The translations under genes were made by a program, and so were the position numbers. DNA of 64,000 nucleotides from Eledone cirrhosa (Eukaryota): assembly GCA_964016885.1 (NCBI GenBank), contig OZ024743.1, positions 210,242,001 through 210,306,000 on the forward strand, given 5' to 3'. The notes below the pieces were generated by a model. That model was given only the letters and a program-made list of their open reading frames with translations, was not told the origin of the DNA and made no database searches. Within the stretch, counting starts at the first letter, position 1, and each line of letters opens with the position of its first letter. Below, piece after piece: positions 27,001 through 41,300 of the stretch.

Positions 27001-29940
27001 GCTGTTCACTCCCTAAGATATACCACAGTTTACCATCCTATATCCAGATGAAAGCTCTTCACTCCATAAGATATACCACAGTTTACCATCCTAAAGCCAC
27101 AGATGAAAGCTCTTTACTACATAAGATATACCACAGTTTACCATCCTATAGCCACAGATGAAAGCTGTTTACTCCATAAGATATACCACAGTTTACCATC
27201 CTATAGCCAGATGAAAGCTCTTCACTCCATAAGATATACCACAGTTTACCATCCTATAGCCACAGATGAAAGCTGTTCACTCCATAAGATATACCACAGT
27301 TTACCATCCTATAGCCAGATGAAAGCTCTTCACTCCATAAGATATACCACAGTTTACCATCCTAAAGCCACAGATGAAAGCTCTTCACTCCATAAGCTAT
27401 ACCACAGTTTACCATCCTATAGCCACAGATGAAAGCTCTTCACTCCATAAGAAATACCACAGTTTACCATCCTATAGCCACAGATGAAAGCTCTTCACTC
27501 CATAAGATATACCACAGTTTACCATCCTATAGCCACAGATGAAAGCTGTTCACTCCATAAGATATACCACAGTTTACCATCCTATAGCCAGATGAAAGCT
27601 CTTCACTCCATAAGATATACCACAGTTTACCATCCTAAAGCCAGAGATGAAAGCTTTTCACTCCATAAGATATACCACAGTTTACCATCCTATAGCCACA
27701 CATGAAAGCTCTTCACTCCATAAGATATACCAGAGTTTACCATCCTATAGCCAGATGAAAGCTCTTCACTCCATAAGATATACCACAGTTTACCATCTTA
27801 TAGCCACAGATGAAAGCTCTTCACTCCATAAGATATACCACGGTTTACCATCCTATAGCCACACATGAAAGCTCTTCACGCCATAAGATATACCTCAGTT
27901 TACCATCATATAGCCACAGATGAAAGCTGTTCACTCCATTAGATATACCACAGTTTACCATCCTATAGCCACACATGAGAGCTTTTCACTCCATAAGATA
28001 TACCACAGTTTACCATCCTATAGCCACAGATGAAAGCTCATCACTCCATAAGATATACCACAGTTTACCATCCTATAGCCACAGATGAAAGCTCTTCACT
28101 CCATCAGATATACCACAGTTTACCATCCTATAGCCACACATGAAAGCTCTTCACTCCATAAGATATACCACAGTTTACCGTCCTATGGCCACACATGAAA
28201 GCTCTTCATCCCATAAGATATACCACAGTTTACCATCCTATAGCCACACATGAAAGCTCTTCACTGCATAAGATATACCACAGTTTACCATCCTATAGCC
28301 ACAGATGAAAGCTCTTCACCCCATAAGATATACCACAGTTTACCATCCTATAGCCACACATGAAAGCTCTTCACCCCATAAGATATACCACAGTTTACCA
28401 TCCTATTGCCACACATGAAAGTTCTTCACTCGATAAGATATACCACAGTTTACCATCCTATAGCCACACATGAAAGCTCTTCACTCCATAAGATATACCA
28501 CAGTTTACCATCCTATAGCCAGATTAAATCTCTTCACTCCATAAGATATACCACAGTTTACCATCCTATAGCCACAGATGAAAGCTCTTTACTCCATAAG
28601 ATATACCACAGTTTACCATCCTATAGCCACAGATGAAAGCTGTTCACTCCATAAGATATACCACAGTTTACCATCCTATAGCCACAGATGAAAGCTGTTC
28701 ACTCCATAAGATATACCACAGTTTACCATCCTATAGCCACAGATGAAAGCTCTTCACTCCATAAGATATACCACAGTTTACCATCCTATAGCCACACATG
28801 AAAGCTCTTCACTCCATAAGATATACCACAGTTTACCATCCTATATCCAGATGAAAGCTCTTCACTCCATAAGATATACCACAGTTAATCATCCTATAGC
28901 CACAGATGAAAGCTCTTCACTCCAAAAGATATACCACAGTTTACCATCCTATAGCCACAGATGAAAGCTGTTCACTCCATAAGATATACCACAGTTTACC
29001 ATCCTATAGCCACACATGAAAGCTCTTCACTCCATAAGATATACCACAGTTTACCATCCTATAGCCACAGATGAAAGCTGTTCACTCCATAATATATACG
29101 ACAGTTTACCATCCTATAGCCACAGATGAAAGCTGTTCACTCCATAAGATATACGACAGTTTACCATCCTATAGCCAGATGAAAGCTCTTCACTCCATAA
29201 GATATACCACAGTTTACCATCCTATAGCCACAGATGAAAGCTGTTCACTCCCTAAGATATACCACAGTTTACCATCCTATAGCCAGATGAAAGCTCTTCA
29301 CTCCATAAGATATACCACAGTTTACCATCCTAAAGCCACAGATGAAAGCTCTTTACTCCATAAGATATACCACAGTTTACCATCCTATAGCCACAGATGA
29401 AAGCTGTTTACTCCAAAAGATATACCACAGTTAACCATCCTATAGCCAGATGAAAGCTCTTCACTCCATAAGATATACCACAGTTTACCATCCTATAGCC
29501 ACAGATGAAAGCTGTTCACTCCATAAGATATACCACAGTTTACCATCCTATAGCCAGATGAAAGCTCTTCACTCCATAAGATATACCACAGTTTACCATC
29601 CTAAAGCCACAGATGAAAGCTCTTCACTCCATAAGCTATACCACAGTTTACCATCCTATAGCCACAGATGAAAGCTCTTCACTCCATAAGATATACCACA
29701 GTTTACCATCCTATAGCCACAGATGAAAGCTCTTCACTCCATAAGATATACCACAGTTTACCATCCTATAGCCACAGATGAAAGCTGTTCACTCCATAAG
29801 ATATACCACAGTTTACCATCCTATAGCCAGATGAAAGCTCTTCACTCCATAAGATATACCACAGTTTACCATCCTAAAGCCACAGATGAAAGCTCTTCAC
29901 TCCATAAGATATACCACAGTTTACCATCCTATAGCCACAC
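1..29940. repeat. Left subfamily domain of the satellite
   Basis: Recurrent variants seen only here: GAAAGTTCTTCACTCGATAA (last ~28420), CTCCCTAAG (last ~29250), CTGTTTACTCC (last ~29405), AAGCTATACC (last ~29635) and the TATACCAGTTT 2-bp deletion (last ~24115). The boundary is approximate. Confidence 0.75.
12270..14890. repeat. Near-exact tandem duplication of a 1,309-bp (24-monomer) unit
   Basis: Identical ORF pairs at 12572/13881 and 12955/14264 (offset 1309). Rare variants CCACATTTT, GAAACTTCTT, ATACTAGTTT and CCTCTTGCC recur at the same offset. Confidence 0.9.
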
Positions 29941-31704
29941 ATGAAAGCTCTTCATTCCATAAGATATACCACAGTTTCCATCCTATAGCCAGATGAAAGC
30001 TCTTCACTCCATAAGATATACCACAGTTTACCATCCTATTGCAAGATGAAAGCTCTTCACTCCATAAGATATACGACAGTTTACCATCCTATAGCCACAC
30101 ATGAAAACTCTTCAATCCATAAGATATACTTCAGGTTACCATCTTATAGCCACAGATGAAAGCTCTTCACTCCATAAGATATACCACGGTTTACCATCCT
30201 ATAGCCACACATGAAAGCTCTTCACGCCATAAGATATACCTCAGTTTACCATCCTATAGCCACAGATGAAAGCTCTCCACTCCATAAGATATACCACAGT
30301 TTACCATCCTATAGCCACACATGAGAGCTCTTCACTCCATAAGATATACCACAGTTTACCATCCTATAGCAACAGATGAAAGCTCATCACTCCATAAGAT
30401 ATACCACAGTTTACCATCCTATAGCCACAGATGAAAGCTCTCCACTCCATAAGATATACCACAGTTTACCATCCTATAGCCACACATGAGAGCTCTTCAC
30501 TCCATAAGATATACCACAGTTTACCATCCTATAGCTACAGATGAAAGCTCATCACTCCATAAGATATACCACAGTTTACCATCCTATAGCCACACATGAA
30601 ATCTCTTCACTCCATAAGATATACCACAGTTTACCATCCTATAGCCACAGATGAAAGCTCTTTACCCCATAAGATATACCACAGTTTACCATCCTATAGC
30701 CACACATGAAAGCTCTTCACGCCATAAGATATACCACAGTTTACCATCCTATAGCCACGCCATGGATGAAAGCTCTTCACTCCATGAGATATACCACAGT
30801 TTACAATCCTATAGCCACAGATGAAAGCTCTTCACTCCATAAGATATACCACAGTTTACCATCCTATAGTCAGATGAAAGCTCTTCACTCCATAAGATAT
30901 ACCACAGTTTACCATCCTATAGCCACACATGAAAGCTCTTCAATCCATAAGATATACCCCAGTTTACCATCCTATAGCCAGATGAAAGCTCTTCACTCCA
31001 TAAGATATACCACAGTTTACCACCCTATAGCCACAGATGAAAGCTCTTCACTCCATGAGATATACCACAGTTTACCATCCTATAGCCACGCCACGGATGA
31101 AAGCTCTTCACTCCATAAGATATACCACAGTTTACAATCCTATAGCCACAGATGAAAGCTCTTCACTCCATAAGATATACCACAGTTTACCATCCTATGG
31201 CCACAGATGAAAGCTCTTCACTCCATAAGATATACCACAGTTTACCATCCTATAGCCACAGATGAAAGCTCTTCACTCCATAAGATATACCACAGTTTAC
31301 CATCCTATAGCCACACATGAAAGCTCTTCACTCCATAAGATATACCACATTTTACCATCCTATAGTCAAGCCACGGATGAAAGCTCTTCACTCCATAAGA
31401 TATACCACAGTTTACCATCCTATAGTCACACATGAAAGCTCTTCACACCATAAGATATAACACAGTTTACCATCCTATAGCCAGATGAAAGCTCTTCACT
31501 CCATAAGATATACCACAGTTTACCATCCTATAGCCACAGATGAAAGCTCGTCACTCCATAAGATATACCACAGTTTACCATCCTATAGCCACAGATGAAA
31601 GCTCTTCACTCCATAAGATATACCACAGTTTACCATCCTATAGCCACAGATGAAAGCTGTTCACTCCATAAGATATACCACAGTTTACCATCCTATAGCC
31701 ACAC

Positions 31705-32360
31705 ATGAAAGCTCTTCACTCCATAAGATATACCACAGTTTACCATCCTATAGCCACACATGAAAGCTCTTCAATCCATAAGATATACCACAGTTTACCA
31801 TCCTATAGCCAGATGAAAGCTTTTCACTCCATAAGATATACCACAGTTAACCATCCTATAGCCACAGATGAAAGCTCTTCACTCCAAAAGATATACCACA
31901 GTTTACCATCCTATAGCCACAGATGAAAGCTGTTCACTCCATAAGATATACCACAGTTTACCATCCTATAGCCACACATGAAAGCTCTTCACTCCATAAG
32001 ATATACCACAGTTTACCATCCTATAGCCACACATGAAAGCTCTTCACTCCATAAGATATACCACAGTTTACCATCCTATAGCCACACATGAAAGCTCTTC
32101 AATCCATAAGATATACCACAGTTTACCATCCTATAGCCAGATGAAAGCTTTTCACTCCATAAGATATACCACAGTTAACCATCCTATAGCCACAGATGAA
32201 AGCTCTTCACTCCAAAAGATATACCACAGTTTACCATCCTATAGCCACAGATGAAAGCTGTTCACTCCATAAGATATACCACAGTTTACCATCCTATAGC
32301 CACACATGAAAGCTCTTCACTCCATAAGATATACCACAGTTTACCATCCTATAGCCACAG
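31705..32360. repeat. Tandem duplication of a 328-bp (6-monomer) unit
   Basis: Identical ORFs at 31705 and 32033 share the locally private GCTTTTCAC variant, followed by GTTAACC and CCAAAAG. Confidence 0.85.
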
Positions 32361-35300
32361 ATGAAAGCTGTTCACTCCATAATATATACGACAGTTTACC
32401 ATCCTATAGCCACAGATGAAAGCTGTTCACTCCATAAGATATACGACAGTTTACCATCCTATAGCCAGATGAAAGCTGTTCACTCCATAAGATATACCAC
32501 AGTTTACCATCCTATAGCCAGATGAAAGCTCTTCACTCCATAAGATATACCACAGTTTACCATCCTAAAGCCACAGATGAAAGCTCTTCACTCCATAAGA
32601 TATACCACAGTTTACCATCCTATAGCCACAGATGAAAGCTGTGTACTCCATAAGATATACCACAGTTTACCATCCTATATCCAGATGAAAGCTCTTCACT
32701 CCATAAGATATACCACAGTTTACCATCCTATAGCCACAGATGAAAGCTGTTCACTCCATAAGATATACCACAGTTTACCATTCTAAAGCCACAGATGAAA
32801 GCTCTTCACTCCATAAGATATACCACAGTTTACCATCCTATAGCCACAGATGAAAGCTCTTCACTCCATAAGATATACCACAGTTTACCATCCTATAGCC
32901 ACAGATGAAAGCTCTTCACTCCATAAGATATACCACAGTTTACCATCCTATAGCCGCAGATGAAAGCTCTTCACCCCATAAGATATACCACAGTTTACCA
33001 TCCTATAGCCACACATGAAAGCTCTTCACTCCATAAGATATACCACAGTTTACCATCCTATAGCCACAGATGAAAGCTCTTCACCCCATAAGATATACCA
33101 CAGTTTACCATCCTATAGCCACACATGAAAGCTCTTCACTCCATAAGATATACCACATTTTACCATCCTATAGCCACACATGAAAGCTCTTCACTCCATA
33201 AGATATACCACAGTTTACCATCCTATAGCCACACATAAAAGCTCTTCACGCCATAAGATATACCTCAGTTTACCATCCTATAGCCACAGATCAAAGCTCT
33301 TCACTCCATAAGATATACGACAGTTTACCATCCTATAGCCACACATGAAAGCTCTTCACTCCATAAGATATACCTCAGTTTACCATCCTATAGCCACAGA
33401 TAAAAGCTGTTCACTCCATAAGATATACCACAGTTTACTATCCTATAGCCACACATGAGAGCTCTTCACTCCATAAGATATACCACAGTTTACCATCCTA
33501 TGGCCACACATGAAAGCTCTTCACCCCATAAGATATACCACAGTTTACCACCCTATAGCCAGATGAAAGCTCTTCACTCCGTAAAATATACCACAGTTTA
33601 CCATCCTATAGCCACACATGAAAGCTCTTCACTCCATAAGATATACCACAGTTTACCATCCTATAGCCACGCCACGGATGAAAGCTCTTCACTCCATAAG
33701 ATATACCACAGTTTACAATCCTATAGCCACAGATGAAAGCTCTTCACTCCATAAGATATACCACAGTTTACCATCCTATGGCCACAGATGAAAGCTCTTC
33801 ACTCCATAAGATATACCACAGTTTACCATCCTATAGCCACACATGAAAGCTCTTCACTCCATAAGATATACCACAGTTTACCATCCTATAGTCAAGCCAC
33901 GGATGAAAGCTCTTCACTCCATAAGATATACCACAGTTTACCATCCTATAGTCACACATGAAAGCTCTTCACTCCATAAGATATAACACAGTTTACCATC
34001 CTATAGCCAGATGAAAGCTCTTCACTCCATAAGATATACCACAGTTTACCATCCTATAGCCACAGATGAAAGCTCGTCACTCCATAAGATATACCACAGT
34101 TTACTATCCTATAGCCACAGATGAAAGCTCTTCACTCCATAAGATATACCACAGTTTACCATCCTATAGCCACAGATGAAAGCTGTTCACTCCATAAGAT
34201 ATACCACAGTTTACCATCCTATAGCCACACATGAAAGCTCTTCACTCCATAAGATATACCACAGTTTACCATCCTATAGCCACACATGAAAGCTCTTCAA
34301 TCCATAAGATATACCACAGTTTACCATCCTATAGCCAGATGAAAGCTCTTCACTCCATAAGATATACCACAGTTAACCATCCTATAGCCACAGATGAAAG
34401 CTCTTCACTCCAAAAGATATACCACAGTTTACCATCCTATAGCCACAGATGAAAGCTGTTCACTCCATAAGATATACCACAGTTTACCATCCTATAGCCA
34501 CACATGAAAGCTCTTCACTCCATAAGATATACCACAGTTTACCACCCTATAGCCACAGATGAAAGCTGTTCACTCCATAATATATACCACAGTTTACCAT
34601 CCTATAGCCAGATGAAAGCTCTTCACTCCATAAGATATACCACAGTTTACCATCCTATAGCCACAGATGAAAGCTGTTCACTCCATAAGATATACGACAG
34701 TTTACCATCCTATAGCCAGATGAAAGCTCTTCACTCCATAAGATATACCACAGTTTACCATCCTAAAGCCACAGATGAAAGCTCTTCACTCCATAAGATA
34801 TACCACAGTTTACCATCCTATAGCCACAGATGAAAGCTGTGTACTCCATAAGATATACCACAGTTTACCATCCTATATCCAGATGAAAGCTCTTCACTCC
34901 ATAAGATATACCACAGTTTACCATCCTATAGCCAAAGATGAAAGCTGTTCACTCCATAAGATATACCACAGTTTACCATCCTATAGCCAGATGAAAGCTC
35001 TTCACTACATAAGATATACCACAGTTTACCATTCTAAAGCCACAGATGAAAGCTCTTCACTCCATAAGATATACCACATTTTACCATCCTATAGCCACAG
35101 ATGAAAGCTCTTCACTCCATAAGATATACCACAGTTTACCATCCTATAGCCACAGATGAAAGCTCTTCACTCCATAAGATATACCACAGTTTACCATCCT
35201 ATAGCCACAGATGAAAGCTCTTCACTCCATAAGATATACCACAGTTTACCATCCTATAGCCGCAGATGAAAGCTCTTCACCCCATAAGATATACCACAGT

Positions 35301-38300
35301 TTACCATCCTATAGCCACACATGAAAGCTCTTCACTCCATAAGATATACCACAGTTTACCATCCTATAGCCACAGATGAAAGCTCTTCACCCCATAAGAT
35401 ATACCACAGTTTACCATCCTATAGCCACACATGAAAGCTCTTCACTCCATAAGATATACCACATTTTACCATCCTATAGCCACACATGAAAGCTCTTCAC
35501 TCCATAAGATATACCACAGTTTACCATCCTATAGCCACACATGAAAGCTCTTCACGCCATAAGATATACCTCAGTTTACCATCCTATAGCCACAGATCAA
35601 AGCTCTTCACTCCATAAGATATACGACAGTTTACCATCCTATAGCCACAAATGAAAGCTCTTCACTCCATTAGATATACCTCAGTTTACCATCCTATAGC
35701 CACAGATGAAAGCTGTTCACTCCATAAGATATACCACAGTTTACTATCGTATAGCCACACATGAGAGCTCTTCACTCCATAAGATATACCACAGTTTACT
35801 ATCCTATAGCCACACATGAAAGCTCTTCAATCCATAAGATATACCACAGTTTACCATCCTATAGCCAGATGAAAGCTCTTCACTCCATAAGATATACCAC
35901 AGTTAACCATCCTATAGCCACAGATGAAAGCTCTTCACTCCAAAAGATATACCACAGTTTACCATCCTATAGCCACAGATGAAAGCTGTTCACTCCATAA
36001 GATATACCACAGTTTACCATCCTATAGCCACACATGAAAGCTCTTCACTCCATAAGATATACCACAGTTTACCACCCTATAGCCACAGATGAAAGCTGTT
36101 CACTCCATAATATATACCACAGTTTACCATCCTATAGCCAGATGAAAGCTCTTCACTCCATAAGATATACCACAGTTTACCATCCTATAGCCACAGATGA
36201 AAGCTGTTCACTCCATAAGATATACGACAGTTTACCATCCTATAGCCAGATGAAAGCTCTTCACTCCATAAGATATACCACAGTTTACCATCCTATAGCC
36301 ACAGATGAAAGCTGTTCACTCCATAAGATATACCACAGTTTACCATCCTATAGCCAGATGAAAGCTCTTCACTCCATAAGATATACCACAGTTTACCATC
36401 CTAAAGCCACAGATGAAAGCTCTTCACTCCATAAGATATACCACAGTTTACCATCCTATAGCCACAGATGAAAGTTGTGTACTCCATAAGATATACCACA
36501 GTTTACCATCCTATATCCAGATGAAAGCTCTTCACTCCATAAGATATACCACAGTTTACCATCCTATAGCCACAGATGAAAGCTGTTCACTCCATAAGAT
36601 ATACCACAGTTTACCATCCTATAGCCAGATGAAAGCTCTTCACTACATAAGATATACCACAGTTTACCATTCTAAAGCCACAGATGAAAGCTCTTCACTC
36701 CATAAGATATACCACAGTTTACCATCCTATAGCCACATATGAAAGCTCTTCACTCCATAAGATATACCACAGTTTACCATCCTATAGCCACAGATGAAAG
36801 CTCTTCACTCCATAAGATATACCACAGTTTACCATCCTATAGCCACAGATGAAAGCTCTTCACTCCATAAGATATACCACAGTTTACCATCCTATAGCCG
36901 CAGATGAAAGCTCTTCACCCCATAAGATATACCACAGTTTACCATCCTATAGCCACACATGAAAGCTCTTCACTCCATAAGATATACCACAGTTTACCAT
37001 CCTATAGCAAGATGAAAGCTCTTCACTCCATAAGATATACGACAGTTTACCATCCTATAGCCACACATGAAAACTCTTCAATCCATAAGATATACCTCAG
37101 TTTACCATCTTATAGCCACAGATGAAAGCTCTTCACTCCATAAGATATACCACGGTTTACCATCCTATAGCCACACATGAAAGCTCTTCACGCCATAAGA
37201 TATACCTCACTTTACCATCCTATAGCCACAGATGAAAGCTCTCCACTCCATAAGATATACCACAGTTTACCATCCTATAGCCACACATGAGAGCTCTTCA
37301 CTCCATAAGATATACCACAGTTTACCATCCTATAGCAACAGATGAAAGCTCATCACTCCATAAGATATACCACAGTTTACCATCCTATAGCCACAGATGA
37401 AAGCTCTTCACTCCATAAGATATACCACAGTTTACCATCCTATAGCCACACATGAAAGCTCTTCACTCCATCAGATATACCACAGTTTACCATCCTATGG
37501 CCACACATGAAAGCTCTTCACCCCATAAGATATACCACAGTTTACCATCCTATAGCCACACATGAAAGCTCTTCACTCCATAAGATATACCACAGTTTAC
37601 CATCCTATAGCCACAGATGAAAGCTCTTTACCCCATAAGATATACCACAGTTTACCATCCTATAGCTACACATGAAAGCTCTTCACGCCATAAGATATAC
37701 CACAGTTTACCATCCTATAGCCACGCCACGGATGAAAGCTCTTCACTCCATAAGATATACCACAGTTTACAATCCTATAGCCACAGATGAAAGCTCTTCA
37801 CTCCATAAGATATACCACAGTTTACCATCCTATAGCCAGATGAAAGCTCTTCACTCCATAAGATATACCACAGTTTACCATCCTATAGCCACACATGAAA
37901 GCTCTTCAATCCATAAGATATACCCCAGTTTACCATCCTATAGCCAGATGAAAGCTCTTCACTCCATAAGATATACCACAGTTTACCACCCTATAGCCAC
38001 AGATGAAAGCTCTTCACTCCATGAGATATACCACAGTTTACAATCCTATAGCCACAGATGAAAGCTCTTCACTCCATAAGATATACCACAGTTTACCATC
38101 CTATGGCCACAGATGAAAGCTCTTCACTCCGTAAGATATACCACAGTTTACCATCCTATAGCCACAGATGAAAGCTCTTCACTCCATAAGATATACCACA
38201 GTTTACCATCCTATAGCCACACATGAAAGCTCTTCACTCCATAAGATATACCACAGTTTACCATCCTATAGTCAAGCCACGGATGAAAGCTCTTCACTCC

Positions 38301-41300
38301 ATAAGATATACTACAGTTTACCATCCTATAGTCACACATGAAAGCTCTTCACTCCATAAGATATAACACAGTTTACCATCCTATAGCCAGATGAAAGCTC
38401 TTCACTCCATAAGATATACCACAGTTTACCATCCTATAGCCACAGATGAAAGCTCGTCACTCCATAAGATATACCACAGTTTACCATCCTATAGCCACAG
38501 ATGAAAGCTCTTCACTCCATAAGATATACCACAGTTTACCATCCTATAGCCACAGATGAAAGCTGTTCACTCCATAAGATATACCACAGTTTACCATCCT
38601 ATAGCCACACATGAAAGCTCTTCACTCCATAAGATATACCACAGTTTACCATCCTATAGCCACACATGAAAGCTCTTCAATCCATAAGATATACCACAGT
38701 TTACCATCCTATAGCCAGATGAAAGCTCTTCACTCCATAAGATATACCACAGTTAACCATCCTATAGCCACAGATGAAAGCTCTTCACTTCAAAAGATAT
38801 ACCACAGTTTACCATCCTATAGCCACAGATGAAAGCTGTTCACTCCATAAGATATACCACAGTTTACCATCCTATAGCCACAGATGAAAGCTCTTCACTC
38901 CATAAGATATACCACAGTTTACCATCCTATAGCCACAGATGAAAGCTGTTCACTCCATAAGATATACCACAGTTTACCATCCTATAGCCAGATGAAAGCT
39001 CTTCACTACATAAGATATACCACAGTTTACCATTCTAAAGCCACAGATGAAAGCTCTTCACTCCATAAGATATACCACAGTTTACCATCCTATAGCCACA
39101 GATGAAAGCTCTTAACTCCATAAGATATACCACAGTTTACCATCCTATAGCCACAGATGAAAGCTCTTCACTCCATAAGATATACCACAGTTTACCATCC
39201 TATAGCCACAGATGAAAGCTCTTCACTCCATAAGATATACCACAGTTTACCATCCTAAAGCCACAGATGAAAGCTCTTCACTCCATAAGATATACCACAG
39301 TTTACCATCCTATAGCCACAGATGAAAGCTGTGTACTCCATAAGATATACCACAGTTTACCATCCTATATCCAGATGAAAGCTCTTCACTCCATAAGATA
39401 TACCACAGTTTACCATCCTATAGCCACAGATGAAAGCTGTTCACTCCATAAGATATACCACAGTTTACCATCCTATAGCCAGATGAAAGCTCTTCACTAC
39501 ATAAGATATACCACAGTTTACCATTCTAAAGCCACAGATGAAAGCTCTTCACTCCATAAGATATACCACAGTTTACCATCCTATAGCCACAGATGAAAGC
39601 TCTTAACTCCATAAGATATACCAGAGTTTACCATCCTATAGCCACAGATGAAAGCTCTTCACTCCATAAGATATACCACAGTTTACCATCCTATAGCCAC
39701 AGATGAAAGCTCTTCACTCCATAAGATATACCACAGTTTACCATCCTATAGCCGCAGATGAAAGCTCTTCACCCCATAAGATATACCACAGTTTACCATC
39801 CTATAGCCACACATGAAAGCTCTTCACTCCATAAGATATACCACAGTTTACCATCCTATAGCCACAGATGAAAGCTGTTCACTCCATAAGATATACCACA
39901 GTTTACCATCCTATAGCCAGATGAAAGCTCTTCACTACACAAGATATACCACAGTTTACCATTCTAAAGCCACAGATGAAAGCTCTTCACTCCATAAGAT
40001 ATACCACAGTTTACCATCCTATAGCCACAGATGAAAGCTCTTAACTCCATAAGATATACCACAGTTTACCATCCTATAGCCACAGATGAAAGCTCTTCAC
40101 TCCATAAGATATACCACAGTTTACCATCCTATAGCCACAGATGAAAGCTCTTCACTCCATAAGATATACCACAGTTTACCATCCTATAGCCGCAGATGAA
40201 AGCTCTTCACCCCATAAGATATACCACAGTTTACCATCCTATAGCCACACATGAAAGCTCTTCACTCCATAAGATATACCACAGTTTACCATCCTATAGC
40301 CACAGATGAAAGCTCTTCACCCCATAAGATATACCACAGTTTACCATCCTATAGCCACACATGAAAGCTCTTCACTCCATAAGATATACCACATTTTACC
40401 ATCCTATAGCCACACATGAAAGCTCTTCACTCCATAAGATATACCACAGTTTACCATCCTATAGCCACACATGAAAGCTCTTCACGCCATAAGATATACC
40501 TCAGTTTACCATCCTATAGCCACAGATGAAAGCTGTTCACTCCATAAGATATACTACAGTTTACTATCCTATAGCCACACATGAGAGCTCTTCACTCCAT
40601 AAGATATACCACAGTTTACCATCCTATGGCCACACATGAAAGCTCTTCACCCCATAAGATATACCACAGTTTACCACCCTATAGCCAGATGAAAGCTCTT
40701 CACTCCGTAAAATATACCACAGTTTACCATCCTATAGCCACACATGAAAGCTCTTCACTCCATAAGATATACCACAGATTACCATCCTATAGCCACAGAT
40801 GAAAGCTGTTCACTCCATAAGATATACCACAGTTTACCATCCTATAGCCAGATGAAAGCTCTTCACTCCATAAGATATACCACAGTTTACCATCCTATAG
40901 CCACAGATGAAAGCTCTTCACTCCATAAGATATACCACAGTTTACCATCCTATAGCCACAGATGAAAGCTCTTCACTCCATAAGATATACCACAGTTTAA
41001 CATCCTATAGCCACAGATAAAAGCTCTTCACTCCATACGATATACCACAGTTTACCATCCTATAGCCACAGATGAAAGCTCTTCACTCCATAAGATATAC
41101 CACAGTTTACCATCCTATAGCCACAGATGAAAGCTCTTCACCCCATAAGATTTACCCCAGTTTACCATCCTATAGCCACACATGAAAGCTCTTCACTTCA
41201 TAAGATATACCACAGTTTACCATCCTATAGCCACAGATAAAAGCTCTTCACCCCATAAGATATACCACAGTTTACCATCCTATAGCCACACATGAAATCT

